Part shown: in pieces, positions 31,846-42,200 of the stretch
Numbering within the stretch: the stretch's first letter is position 1
Layout: the number at the start of each line of letters is the position of its first letter
Source: a virus
Virus record (IMG/VR): IMGVR_UViG_3300045988_008159
Coordinates: 1-42,368 of that record
Length of the DNA: 42,368 bases
Direction: 5' to 3' (one strand)
Notes under the pieces: model-generated
Seen by the model: the letters and a program-made list of their open reading frames with translations, nothing else
The model's database searches: none
What the model was told of the DNA's origin: nothing
Translations under genes and position numbers: made by a program

Positions 31846-33729
31846 ATGGACGGAAACACGAATATGACGACGATACAGGACGTGCTGGGCGACATTGGAG
31901 CGGGTGAGGCGATGCAGCCCATCGGCGTGGCGCAGATCCGGACGGCCATGGACACGCTGAACAAGTACAAGGACGGAAAGTCAGCGCTCGAAAAGAGGCT
32001 CATTGCCTGCGAACAGTGGTGGAAGCTTCAGCACTGGCAGGAAATGAATCCGAGCGGGAATCCATACGATCCACAGTGGCGATCTGCTTGGCTCTTCAAC
32101 GTCATTATGGGCAAGCACGCGGACGCCGTGGCGGCGTTCCCGGAGCCTGCTATCCGGCCGAGAGAGCCGGACGACCGCTCCGAGGCGGCGATGCTGACCA
32201 GCATCGTGCCGGTGATCCTCGAACAGAACGATTTCGAGGAGACCTACTCCGATTCGTGCTGGACGAAGATGAAGCAGGGAACGCTGGCATGGGGCGTGTT
32301 CTGGGACAGCTCCAAGCTCAACGGACTCGGGGATGTATCCATCCGGGAGATCGATCTGCTCAACCTCTTCTGGGAGCCGGGCGTGACCGACATCCAGAAA
32401 AGCAAAAACCTGTTCTACGCGGAGCTGGTGGACAACGACGTGCTCAAGCAGCGGTATCCGCAGGTCGGCGACACGCTTCGAAGCGACAACACATTTGTCA
32501 GAAAGTACAAGACGGACGATCAGGTGGATACGACGAACAAGTCGCTCGTGGTGGACTGGTACTACAAGAAGATTGAAAACGGAAAAAGCGTGCTCCACTT
32601 CTGCAAATTCGTGGGCGAGACGGTCCTTTCCGCGACCGAGAACGATCCCAACATGCAGAGCGGGCTTTACGAGGACGGAGATTATCCGTTCGTGATCGAC
32701 GCGCTGTTCCCGGTGAAGGGATCCATTGCCGGATACGGCTACATCGACATCGGAAAGAGCGCACAGGAGCAGATCGACCTGCTCAATCAGGCGATCCTGA
32801 AAAACTCCGTGATGGCGTCCACGCCGCGCTGGTTCATCCGCAGCGACGGAAGCATCAACGAAAAGGAATATGCCGACTGGCGCAAGCCGTTCGTGCACAC
32901 GGACGGCAATCTGGGGCAGGACTCGGTGATGCCGATCACGGTCAGTCCCCTATCGGCCAACTACATAAACGTCATCCAGAACAAGATCGAGGAGTTGAAG
33001 TGGACGACCGGCAACACGGACGTAAACAACGGTTCGGTGTCCTCCGGCGTGACGGCGGCCAGCGCCATTGCCGCATTGCAGGAGGCGTCCGGGCGAAGCT
33101 CCAAGGACGCGACGCGCTCGGCATACCGGGCATACGCACGGCTCATCCGCATGGTGATCGAGCGCATCCGGCAGTTTTACGATCTGCCGAGAAAGTTCCG
33201 CATCCGGGGCCAGCTCGGGACGGAGGAATACGTCACCTACTCCAACCAGAACCTCAAGCAGCAGGAGCTGCTGGGCCTTGGCGGAGATGTGACATGGCGA
33301 AAGCCGGTATTCGATATCGAGGTATCCGCGCAGAAGTCCTCCGAATATACGAGACTCAGCCAGAACGAGCTGGCGCTGCAATTCTATCAGCTCGGGTTCT
33401 TCGATCCGACAAGGGCAGATCAGGCGCTGGCGACGCTCGACATGATGGATTTCGACGGCAAGGACGAGATCAGCCAGAAGATCGCGCAGAACGGGACGCT
33501 CCAGCAGGAGCTGGCAAGCTGGCAGCAGATGGCGCTGGCACTGGCGGAGCGCTTCGACCCGGCCATGGCGGACGGGCTGGCACAGCAGATCCTTGGCGCA
33601 GACGCACAGGCACAGGCTCCGGCCGCCGGAAGCGCAAAGGCAGAAATGCCCGGCGAAGGAGCGGGCACGGAGGCAAAGACCGTGACGGATGCGCGCGAGC
33701 AGTCGCAGAAGAGCACACAGCCGGACTGA
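31846..33729 (+). CDS. Portal protein
   Basis: A 627-aa protein with an acidic, Ala/Gln-rich C-terminal tail. It lies upstream of the scaffold and capsid genes. GAAGGAGG RBS. Confidence 0.8.
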   Translation: MDGNTNMTTIQDVLGDIGAGEAMQPIGVAQIRTAMDTLNKYKDGKSALEKRLIACEQWWKLQHWQEMNPSGNPYDPQWRSAWLFNVIMGKHADAVAAFPEPAIRPREPDDRSEAAMLTSIVPVILEQNDFEETYSDSCWTKMKQGTLAWGVFWDSSKLNGLGDVSIREIDLLNLFWEPGVTDIQKSKNLFYAELVDNDVLKQRYPQVGDTLRSDNTFVRKYKTDDQVDTTNKSLVVDWYYKKIENGKSVLHFCKFVGETVLSATENDPNMQSGLYEDGDYPFVIDALFPVKGSIAGYGYIDIGKSAQEQIDLLNQAILKNSVMASTPRWFIRSDGSINEKEYADWRKPFVHTDGNLGQDSVMPITVSPLSANYINVIQNKIEELKWTTGNTDVNNGSVSSGVTAASAIAALQEASGRSSKDATRSAYRAYARLIRMVIERIRQFYDLPRKFRIRGQLGTEEYVTYSNQNLKQQELLGLGGDVTWRKPVFDIEVSAQKSSEYTRLSQNELALQFYQLGFFDPTRADQALATLDMMDFDGKDEISQKIAQNGTLQQELASWQQMALALAERFDPAMADGLAQQILGADAQAQAPAAGSAKAEMPGEGAGTEAKTVTDAREQSQKSTQPD

Positions 33730-33810
33730 GCGGCAGGAAACGTATCGACCGCGCACAGCGCGACGAGATAAATTCAAGGGATCGCCCACCAACGGGCAGA
33801 AAGGAGCATT

Positions 33811-34719
33811 ATGCTTCGCAAAATTACATTCCAGTTTTTCGCCGCCGACGCAGGCGGCATGGGCAGCATGACGGCACCCGCCCAGCCGACCACGAGCAGT
33901 CCGGCCACGGCCCTTGTCGGCACGACCGGTTGTCCAAACGGCCCAGAAGGAGCCCCCGGCCCTGCAGCAGCCGCGCAGACAGCACCCGTCGCTCAGGTGC
34001 AGAAGGAAGAAGAAAGCTTTGAGAGTCTTATCAAGGGCAAGTACAAGGCCGACTACGAGCGGAGCGTAAAAGCCGCCGTCTCGGAACGGCTCAAAGGGAC
34101 AAAGCGGACGATCAGCAAGTTCTCCCCCATCCTCGATGTGCTGGGCCAGCAGTACGGCATCGACGTCTCCGATCCGGAAAAGATCGACTACGACGCGCTG
34201 ACCAGAAGGCTGACCGACGACAAGCGGCTTTATGAGGCCGAGGCCATGGAGAAGGGCATCCCGCTGGAAACGCTGATGCACACGAAGCAGCTGGAGCGGC
34301 AGAACGCCGCACTCCAGCGCGAGAATGCAGCGGCACAGGGAGAGATGCAGCGGCGGGCGGAATTTGACCGCATCGTCGGACAGTTTGCGGAGGTGCAGGC
34401 GATGTACCCGCAGGCGGATCTGTCGCAGGAGCTGGCAAACCCGGACTTCGGGCGGCTGGTCTCCAACGGCGTCCCGGCGCTGACGGCCTATGAGGTCGTA
34501 CACAAGGCGGAGCTGGCGGCAGCGCGGACGCGCGCCGTCGCGCAGGCAACACAGCAGCAGATCGTCGCCGGTATCCAGGCAAACGGGATGCGCCCTCCGG
34601 AGGGCGCGGCCAACGCCGGAAGCGGCATGCCCGTACAGTTTGACCCTCGAAAGCTCACGAAACAACAGCGCGACGAAATTCGCGCACGAGTCAATCGGGG
34701 CGAGAAGATCACCTTTTGA
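33811..34719 (+). CDS. Scaffolding protein (GP20-like)
   Basis: The N-terminus is MLRKITFQFFAAD. The body is long, alpha-helical and charged. It lies directly before the capsid gene. Confidence 0.7.
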   Translation: MLRKITFQFFAADAGGMGSMTAPAQPTTSSPATALVGTTGCPNGPEGAPGPAAAAQTAPVAQVQKEEESFESLIKGKYKADYERSVKAAVSERLKGTKRTISKFSPILDVLGQQYGIDVSDPEKIDYDALTRRLTDDKRLYEAEAMEKGIPLETLMHTKQLERQNAALQRENAAAQGEMQRRAEFDRIVGQFAEVQAMYPQADLSQELANPDFGRLVSNGVPALTAYEVVHKAELAAARTRAVAQATQQQIVAGIQANGMRPPEGAANAGSGMPVQFDPRKLTKQQRDEIRARVNRGEKITF

Positions 34720-34747
34720 GTGTCAGCCCCGGGAAGGGAGCTAAATT

Positions 34748-35851
34748 TTGAAGAAACTTTTTGAGATTATGCAGGTCTGCCACGCGCCGGACGCCGGTAC
34801 GCTGGTCAACACCACGCAGAACTATGTAAACGCTTACGACGGCTCGACCACGGCGTTCGCAGCGCCCAACGACCTGTCGTCGCTGATGAAGACATACTAC
34901 GACACGGAGCTGCTGGAAAACGCGCGTCCGAACCTCATTCACGCGCAGTTCGCCAGAAAGCAGCCGCTGCCGAAGGGCCGGGGCAAGAAGGTCGAATGGA
35001 GAAAGTTCAACACCCTCGCGGACGCTTCGGCACTGACCGAGGGCGTCATTCCCACCGGCCAGAAGTTCGGACAGTCGAGCATGACGGCAAGCATCCTCCA
35101 GTACGGCACCTATCTGACGGTATCCGATCAGCTGGAGCTGCACGCCATCGACAACGTGATCCTCAGTGCGACCGAGGAACTGGGCGCTTCGGCAGGCACC
35201 ACGCAGGACAAGCTTGTGCGAGACACCCTCGCGGCTGGCACGACCGTACAGTACTGCGACAAGGTGAGCGCAGCAGGCGCGCACACTGCCGCCGAGACCA
35301 GAGCAGGCATGGACACCACGTCCAAGCTCACCCCGACCGAGGTAAACAAGGCCGTGACCACGCTGAAAAAGCTCAAGGCCCCGACGATCAACGGCAAGTA
35401 CGTCGCGATCATCCACCCGTCGGTCTCCTACGACCTGCGCGAGAACAAGGAGTGGATCGAGGCGCACAAGTATGCGGCGGTCACGCCGCTGTTCACCGGC
35501 GAGATCGGCGAGCTGCACGGCGTTCGCTTCATCGAGACGACTGAGGCGAAGATCTGGAACAACAACACCTGCCCCGTCAAGACGGCAGCAGGTTCTGGCG
35601 GTACGCCTGCGGCGACCTACTACAGCGTGTATTCCACGCTCTTCCTCGGCAAGGACGCCTTCGGTATGATCGATCCGGAGGGCGGCGGTCTGGAAATGAT
35701 CGTAAAGAGCAAGGAGCAGGCGGGCGGCCCGCTGAACCAGTTCAGCACGCTCGGCTATAAGTTCTCCACCGCGACGAAGATCCTCTATCAGGATCGCATG
35801 GTCCGCGTAGAGAGCCTGTCGGAGTATTCCGGCACGGACGAGGCCAACTAA
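34748..35851 (+). CDS. Major capsid protein (HK97 fold, N4-gp56-like family)
   Basis: A 367-aa protein containing KAPTINGKYVAIIHPSVSYDLRE and GELHGVRFIETTEAK. Its position follows portal and scaffold. The start is TTG 34748 or ATG 34769. Confidence 0.85.
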   Translation: MKKLFEIMQVCHAPDAGTLVNTTQNYVNAYDGSTTAFAAPNDLSSLMKTYYDTELLENARPNLIHAQFARKQPLPKGRGKKVEWRKFNTLADASALTEGVIPTGQKFGQSSMTASILQYGTYLTVSDQLELHAIDNVILSATEELGASAGTTQDKLVRDTLAAGTTVQYCDKVSAAGAHTAAETRAGMDTTSKLTPTEVNKAVTTLKKLKAPTINGKYVAIIHPSVSYDLRENKEWIEAHKYAAVTPLFTGEIGELHGVRFIETTEAKIWNNNTCPVKTAAGSGGTPAATYYSVYSTLFLGKDAFGMIDPEGGGLEMIVKSKEQAGGPLNQFSTLGYKFSTATKILYQDRMVRVESLSEYSGTDEAN

Positions 35852-35862
35852 GGAGGGAAACC

Positions 35863-36093
35863 ATGGCAGAGGTAAAGACCAAGGCCGAAGCGCAGGCAAC
35901 GAAGAGCATCTTCCTGCCGCGCGCATCGGAGACAGAACAGCAGTTCGAGTTCGTATGCATCAACGGCAAGGCATATCAGGTGCCGCGCGGGAAACCCGTG
36001 GAGGTGCCGCTGGCGGTGGCCGAGGTGCTGGAGCACGCGCAGATGCAGGAGACGGAGCTTTTTGAGCGCGTCAACGAAATGCAGCAGAAGTGA
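35863..36093 (+). CDS. Small head-associated protein (76 aa)
   Basis: GGAGGGAAACC RBS. It lies between the capsid gene and a terminator. Confidence 0.55.
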   Translation: MAEVKTKAEAQATKSIFLPRASETEQQFEFVCINGKAYQVPRGKPVEVPLAVAEVLEHAQMQETELFERVNEMQQK

Positions 36094-36098
36094 TAAAG

Positions 36099-36123
36099 AG
36101 GGCCGCGCAAGCGGCCCTTTTAT
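36099..36123 (+). terminator. Intrinsic terminator after the head genes
   Basis: An 8-bp stem (agggccgc/gcggccct) with a GCAA loop, followed by TTTT. Confidence 0.75.
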
Positions 36124-36155
36124 CGAATTTGGAATGTGAAAAGGAGGCAGTGAGC

Positions 36156-36611
36156 ATGACCATCCGAGAGGCGATCGAAGCCGTTGACCGGCTCACGCCA
36201 AATCAATATGAGAACATCGATAAGGTGCGCTGGCTCAGTGAGCTGGACGGCGTGGTCTATCTGGAAATAGAAAAAACACACGGGAGCGGGAATCCGGTCT
36301 GCGAGCCGTGGGTGCGGACGCGCGATCCGCTCGACCGCGAATGGTGCGGCTGTGTGCCGCAGGAGAAGCCAAGCGAACAGACGTTCGAAGGGTATCCGGA
36401 AACGGTCGATCTCGACACGAAGCTGCGCATTCCGTGGCCGTATGACGAGATCTACCGCTGGTATCTGGAGATGAAGATCTCCGACGCGAACGGAGAAATG
36501 GTGCGGTACAACAACGCAATGGCCAAGTACAACGCCTACTACACGGCGTATCAGGATTTTTACAACCGGACGAACATGCCGAAAATGACGGCCCCGTTCA
36601 TCCATCTGTGA
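36156..36611 (+). CDS. Structural protein of unknown function (151 aa; possible head-tail adaptor)
   Basis: AAGGAGG lies 8 nt before ATG 36156. The 36090 start in the track would translate the terminator hairpin. Confidence 0.6.
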   Translation: MTIREAIEAVDRLTPNQYENIDKVRWLSELDGVVYLEIEKTHGSGNPVCEPWVRTRDPLDREWCGCVPQEKPSEQTFEGYPETVDLDTKLRIPWPYDEIYRWYLEMKISDANGEMVRYNNAMAKYNAYYTAYQDFYNRTNMPKMTAPFIHL

Positions 36612-36618
36612 GGCGCAT

Positions 36619-37887
36619 ATGGGGAGCCTGACTTTACAGTACCCGCCCATGACCGGCGGGGACGCCGCGCAGCAGCTGGACGGGCTGCGGCGGTATCTGG
36701 TACAACTGACGGATGAGCTGAACGGCGCGGACTGGTCGGCGGGCGCGGTGCTCACGCAGATCTCGCAGGCCATCGATGCAAGCGCACTGTCGAAGGAGGA
36801 GCGGCTGACGGAGCTGAGCGGCTTTGCCGCGCTCAAGACGCTCATCATCAAGACGGCGGATTTTGCGGCGGAGAACTCCGAGGCATTCAAGCTCAAGCTC
36901 AGCGGAAATTATGTGGCCGTGTCGGACTTCGGGAAGTACTGGCAAGAGGCCAGCATGACCATTGACGGAAACGAATTCGGCATCCGGCAGCTGTATGAGT
37001 TCTCGGCGGGCGTCAACAACGCTTTTACCGTGAACTCGAAGCAGTACGTCAAGACGGGGCTGCTGTACTACAACGGCGTGACGCCGGTCTATGGCGTGGG
37101 CGTCGGCAACATCGAGACGACCGTGTCCAACGACAAGGAAGTGATCGACAAGACGCAGAACGAGCTGCTGACCGTCACGTCCGGCAGGGTAAGCTTCTGG
37201 CAGGGCGGCAGTGAGGTCGCCTATCTGGCACAGAAAAAGCTCCACTTCCCTTCCGGAACGCTGGAGGCATTCGACGCGAAGCTGACCGGAACGGTCACAG
37301 CGGCGGCGGGGTCGAGCTTCGGCCCGTGGAGCATCTCCGAGAGCAGCATCTACCGCACCGACAACACATGGGGCGGGGCCGGACTTTACTTCGGAACGGA
37401 CGGGCTTTCCATCGGGAGCGCATTCAAGGTGGACGCAAGCGGCAAGCTGACCGCGACGGGCGCGGATATCACCGGCTCCATCAAGGCAAGCGATCTGCTG
37501 CTCAACCAGAACGGCAGCTACACCAGCATTCAGATGCAGCTTTCGTCGCTGATTGCGGACGTGCAGGAGCTGACGGCGCTGGCCGCAACGGTCAGCACAA
37601 ACACCAACGGCGGGCTGGACTCACTCAACCTCAACATTGGCAACCGGGGATGGCTGAGCATCACGGGCGCCAGCACGGCGTCCTCGGCGGTGGAGCTGTT
37701 TTCCTATGGAGCCGTGCGAATTCTGGCAGACAGCGGCTCGGTGTATCTGGCGCTGAGCGACAACAGCGCGTATATCCACATTACAGAAAACGGAGAAATC
37801 AAAATCAAGGGAACGAGCCTCACCTTTAACGGGGCCAGCATCAACACCTCCGGAAACGTCACGGAGGGTACCGAGGAGGCGACATGA
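36619..37887 (+). CDS. Putative tail/needle structural protein (422 aa)
   Basis: A Ser/Thr/Gly-rich, beta-rich C-terminal half, located in the late operon. Confidence 0.6.
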   Translation: MGSLTLQYPPMTGGDAAQQLDGLRRYLVQLTDELNGADWSAGAVLTQISQAIDASALSKEERLTELSGFAALKTLIIKTADFAAENSEAFKLKLSGNYVAVSDFGKYWQEASMTIDGNEFGIRQLYEFSAGVNNAFTVNSKQYVKTGLLYYNGVTPVYGVGVGNIETTVSNDKEVIDKTQNELLTVTSGRVSFWQGGSEVAYLAQKKLHFPSGTLEAFDAKLTGTVTAAAGSSFGPWSISESSIYRTDNTWGGAGLYFGTDGLSIGSAFKVDASGKLTATGADITGSIKASDLLLNQNGSYTSIQMQLSSLIADVQELTALAATVSTNTNGGLDSLNLNIGNRGWLSITGASTASSAVELFSYGAVRILADSGSVYLALSDNSAYIHITENGEIKIKGTSLTFNGASINTSGNVTEGTEEAT

Positions 37888-38087
37888 TGGTAAAAGAAGT
37901 AAACGAGCTGAGGAAGAAGATCGCAGAGGCGCTGAACGGGTCGAGGCTGCCGCCGGTCGTGGCGGCGCTGGTGCTTGACAGCTACCGAGCAGAGCTGCAA
38001 AGGCTCGTGGAGATGCAGGAGGCGGCAGAGGCAGCAAGGCCGCCGGAGAAGGAGGACGCGGAAGATGGCACTGTACAGAGTAAATGA
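37884..38087 (+). CDS. Small structural-module protein (67 aa)
   Basis: ATGA overlap with the upstream gene. Confidence 0.5.
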   Translation: MMVKEVNELRKKIAEALNGSRLPPVVAALVLDSYRAELQRLVEMQEAAEAARPPEKEDAEDGTVQSK

Positions 38088-39201
38088 TGACGGACGTGCG
38101 CCGTCTGGGCTTGGCGTCGGCGACGAGGTGGTAACTGCGGGCGGTACTTACCGCATCGACAGCGTGGGCGCGGACGGGCAGTACAAGTCCACGCTCGTAA
38201 ACAAGGGCCAGACCACGCAGAACTACAAGGGCAGCTATTCCACGCGGAACACGCTGCCGGGCTATTCCGACTACACGGCGGGCAGACTCGGGAATCTCGA
38301 AAGGGGCTACTCCCCTTCCGGCGCGGTATCGCAGGCAAAGGCATACCTCCAGCAGGTGCAGAGCCGGAGGCCGGGCGCGTATCAGTCGCGGTGGGATGCG
38401 GAGCTGGACAGCCTGTATGACCAGATCACCAACCGCAAGCCGTTCCAATACGACCTCAATCAGGATGCGCTGTATCAGCAGTACAAGGAGCAGTATCAAA
38501 GGCTTGGCAGGACGGCCATGCAGGACACGATGGGCCAGGCAGCCAGCCTCACGGGCGGCTACGGCTCGACCTACGCAGAGCAGGTAGGACAGCAGACCTA
38601 CAACGCATACCTCCAGAGCCTGAACGACATCGTGCCGGAGCTCTACGACCGGGCGTATGGCCGGTATCAGGACGAGGGGCAGGATCTCTACAACAGGTAC
38701 GGCCTCGTGAGCGACCGGGAGAGCATGGACTACAGCAAGTACCGGGACACGGTATCGGACTACTACAACGACCTTGCCGACGCGCGGAGCTCCTACGACT
38801 CCGAGTGGAACAAAGATTACACGCAGTGGTCGGATCAGCTCAGCTACTGGCAGCAGAAGGCTGCGCAGGAGCAGGCCTATTGGCAGTCGCAGCAGAGGGC
38901 CGCAGGTGGAAGCGGCGGCAGCGGAGGCGGAAGAGCGGGCAGCTCCGGAACCGGAAGCGGAAAGGGGTATATCGACAACACCTACAACAGCGGCGGAGCG
39001 GGCGGTGCAATGGCACAGACGTACAACCAGCTCAAGCGCGGTATGACCGAGTGGATCATGGCGGGACAGCCGGAAAAGGCATACGACCTGTTTTTGAGTA
39101 TGGCGGGACAACTCAATCTGAGCAATTCGACCGGAAAGAAGCAGTATAACGAGCTGGTCAGCATCCTGAACAAGGCGGGCTACGGAATCCCGAAGGAATA
39201 A
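38065..39201 (+). CDS. Q/Y-rich structural-module protein with a Gly/Ser linker (378 aa)
   Basis: GGAGAAGGAGG RBS and ATG 38065. Repeated Y..Y/Q-rich helices and the linker GGSGGSGGGRAGSSGTGSGKG. It lies directly upstream of the giant gene. Confidence 0.65.
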   Translation: MALYRVNDDGRAPSGLGVGDEVVTAGGTYRIDSVGADGQYKSTLVNKGQTTQNYKGSYSTRNTLPGYSDYTAGRLGNLERGYSPSGAVSQAKAYLQQVQSRRPGAYQSRWDAELDSLYDQITNRKPFQYDLNQDALYQQYKEQYQRLGRTAMQDTMGQAASLTGGYGSTYAEQVGQQTYNAYLQSLNDIVPELYDRAYGRYQDEGQDLYNRYGLVSDRESMDYSKYRDTVSDYYNDLADARSSYDSEWNKDYTQWSDQLSYWQQKAAQEQAYWQSQQRAAGGSGGSGGGRAGSSGTGSGKGYIDNTYNSGGAGGAMAQTYNQLKRGMTEWIMAGQPEKAYDLFLSMAGQLNLSNSTGKKQYNELVSILNKAGYGIPKE

Positions 39202-39211
39202 GGAGTGCAAT

Positions 39212-42200
39212 ATGGCAAAGAAACGCACAGGGCTTGATGCTCTGCGGGAGTATGAGGCGCGGAGTGGACGGCAGACGCAGAGCGGAAACCAGCAGACAGG
39301 AAACGCAGGCAGCTCCGGCGGAACGTGGCGCAGCGGGCTTGACGCGCTGCGGGAGTATGAGGCAAGCGGCGGCGGGCAGAACGTCACGAACGGCCCATAT
39401 AATCCGGATTACCGGACGAACACCAGGAAAGCGACGCCGCAGAGCTATGAGGCGGCATATCAGCAGTACAAGCAGTATGTCGCAGAGTACCAGAAGCAGA
39501 CGGAATTCCCACGCAGAGTATCCGTCGGAACGGCTGCCCAGCAGGCGGGCGGAAGCCAGAAGCGGGACTACAGCCGCATGCTCGGCCTGAATCAGCTCGA
39601 CGGGGATATGCAGACACGCGTACAGGCGGCACAGGATATTCAGAAGTATCTACAGTTTCAGCGCAAGGTGCAGACCGGAACGGCGGCCCAGCAGGCGGCG
39701 ACGAATGCCGGGCAGGACTATAGCCGCCTGATCGGTCTGAATCAGTTCGACGGGGAGATGGAAAGACGGGCTGAGGAATGGCAGCGAAAGCAGCAGGCAG
39801 CACAGGAGGCCGCAGCGCTGGATCAGGAGCGAGGACGCAGGCGCACTTCGGAAGAATACGGGAAGCGGATCGACGCGCTGGAGGCCGCAAGCGATTATGC
39901 GCGGGCACAGAATGCCGAGGGCGGCGGGCTGCCGGAATTCAAGGATGCCTATGACAAGGTAAACGCCGAACGCGAGACGCCCATGACACTGGACGAGATG
40001 CAGAAGGAGCTTGCCTATACGCGATACAAGAAGGCCGTTCTGGACAAGTCCGTTTCCGGGCGCGTCGGGGAGTATGCGGGCGACCTGGCAACGCAGTTCA
40101 TCTCCGGCGGCGCGGATATGGCACTGGGCGGCTTGTTTATGGTCGACAGTTATCTGGATAAGGGCATGAACGGCGCGGCGGCGTGGGTGCTGCGGGACCT
40201 CGCAAAGGCTGTGCCGGATGGAAGCATCAAGGACAAAATGCTGTCCCTTGCGGACGATTTCAGCAGCTACTACACGGGCGAGAGCATGACCGCCGGAGAA
40301 GAGTCGGCACGGTACTACAAAGACGAGCTGAACAAGCTCGGCGATGAGATCGAGGGGAAATACAAGGGCGTTCCGCTCTGGATTCTGCAGCAGATGCCGT
40401 CGGCAGGAAATATGCTGTTCGGCGCGGGGCTGAGCGGCATTGCGGGCGTCAACAATCTCGTGACGCTCGGACTGACGTCCGGCGGCAACTCGGCACTGGA
40501 GGCGAAGGACAAGGGCGCGAGCGACGCACAGGCGCTGGCCTACGGCGTGGTCGCGGGCGGCTTGGAGGTGTTCTCCGAAAGGCTGTTCGGCGGAAACCCG
40601 ATCTACGACGCGGATGCGGGTCTGGTAAATCAGGCGGTCGGAAAGCTCACAAGCAACAAGACGATCATGAAGATCCTCAACAGCAAGGCATTCGACATTG
40701 CGTCGGAAGGTCTGGAGGAGGTCGTTACCGAAGTTCTCGACCCGGTGGCAGAGTGGGCCATCTACAACGGAGACAACACGGAGTTTGCAGACGCGGCGTC
40801 CATCGGGAACGCATTCCTCGGAGGCGTGTTCCTTTCGGCGGTCGGCAATGTGGCCGACGCGCCGAAGCAGCTACAGCAGGCGCGATATGAGCGCGTCTTG
40901 AGAACGGCAGGCTCGGAGCTGGCAGACATTGCACAGAGCGTGGACAGCGCGGACGTGCAGGAGGCGGCGCAGGTGATCCGGGACAAGATCGCCTACGGCG
41001 TGACGCCGGACGCGGCGGACATCGGCGCGGTGCTCGACGCGATGGATCAGGCCGGAGAGACCGTGGACGTGGAGCAGGTACGCGAAGCGGTGGACGCGGA
41101 GGAAAACGAGGCCAAGGCCGTGCAGGCCGAGGCGGCTTTTCAGACGTACAACCAGTATGCAGATGAGCGGGATGCGAAGGCGCGGGATGCGGAAAAGGCG
41201 TCGTGGGCGCGGTCGCAGGAGAACACAGAGGCCATCAACGACGCGGAGGCGGACAGTGCAGCGGATGCCTTTGAAAAGCTGAACGAGGCGGAGGTAAAGG
41301 GCGCAGCAGACGCGCGGGCACGTCAGCAGACGGAGGAGGCCCGCGCGGAACGGACGTTTACACAGGAGAGCCGGGACGACGCGGACAGGCTGCTGACCGA
41401 CGCGGCCAGACGGTACGGCTTTGACGACCGCATGACCAGCGTGCTTCTATCCGGCTACGACGGAGCGCAGGACGCGCAGCAGTACGCAGAGGACGTGAAT
41501 GCGGCTTACGAGTACGGCAGGAACGGAATGAGCCTTTCGGCGGCACAGAGAGCCGCACAGGGTGTGAACGCGGATGTGGCGCAGGAGGCGTGGAACGCGG
41601 GCCGGGCGTCGATCCAGCGCGCGCCTATGAGTGCCTTTGAGCGGTACAACCAGTATGCAGACGAACGGGATGCGCGGCAGGCGGCAAGAGAAGCTCCGCA
41701 GCAAGCAAGCGTGCAGACCGTACAGGCCGTTCAGGAAGCGGCAAGGCCGCAGCAGGCACAGACGCAGACGGCCGCACAGGAAACGCGGGAGGCCGCGCAG
41801 ACCGCAAAGGAGGCCGCTCCGAAGGCACAGGAGACGGTACGGGAGACCGCGCAGGAGCAGACAAAGCCAGCACAGGAGCGGGCGGAGACGAAGCCTGCAA
41901 AGCAGGAAGCGCAGGAAAGCAAGCCGCAGGCACTTGCTGCAAATCAATACGACGCCCGGAAGCTGGCGGCAGCCGAGATCAAAAAAAGCGATGTGACCGT
42001 GCCGGATGCAGTCAGGGACTACGACAAGAGGCTGGACGAGGCAGTCGCTGAGATCTACCGGCTCAAGGAGGCGGATGGAAAAGGCGAGGGAGCAAAAGTC
42101 CCGGTCTCTTCCATGATTACAAGCTTCCAGTATGGAATCCGGAGCATTGGGTTTGTTTCTCAGGAAACGAACAACGCGGACTTCCTTGCGGACGCGCAGG

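Noticed and set aside
36090-36155. An upstream start for the 36090-36611 ORF
   Set aside because: It would translate the terminator hairpin at 36099-36123. A strong AAGGAGG RBS precedes ATG 36156.
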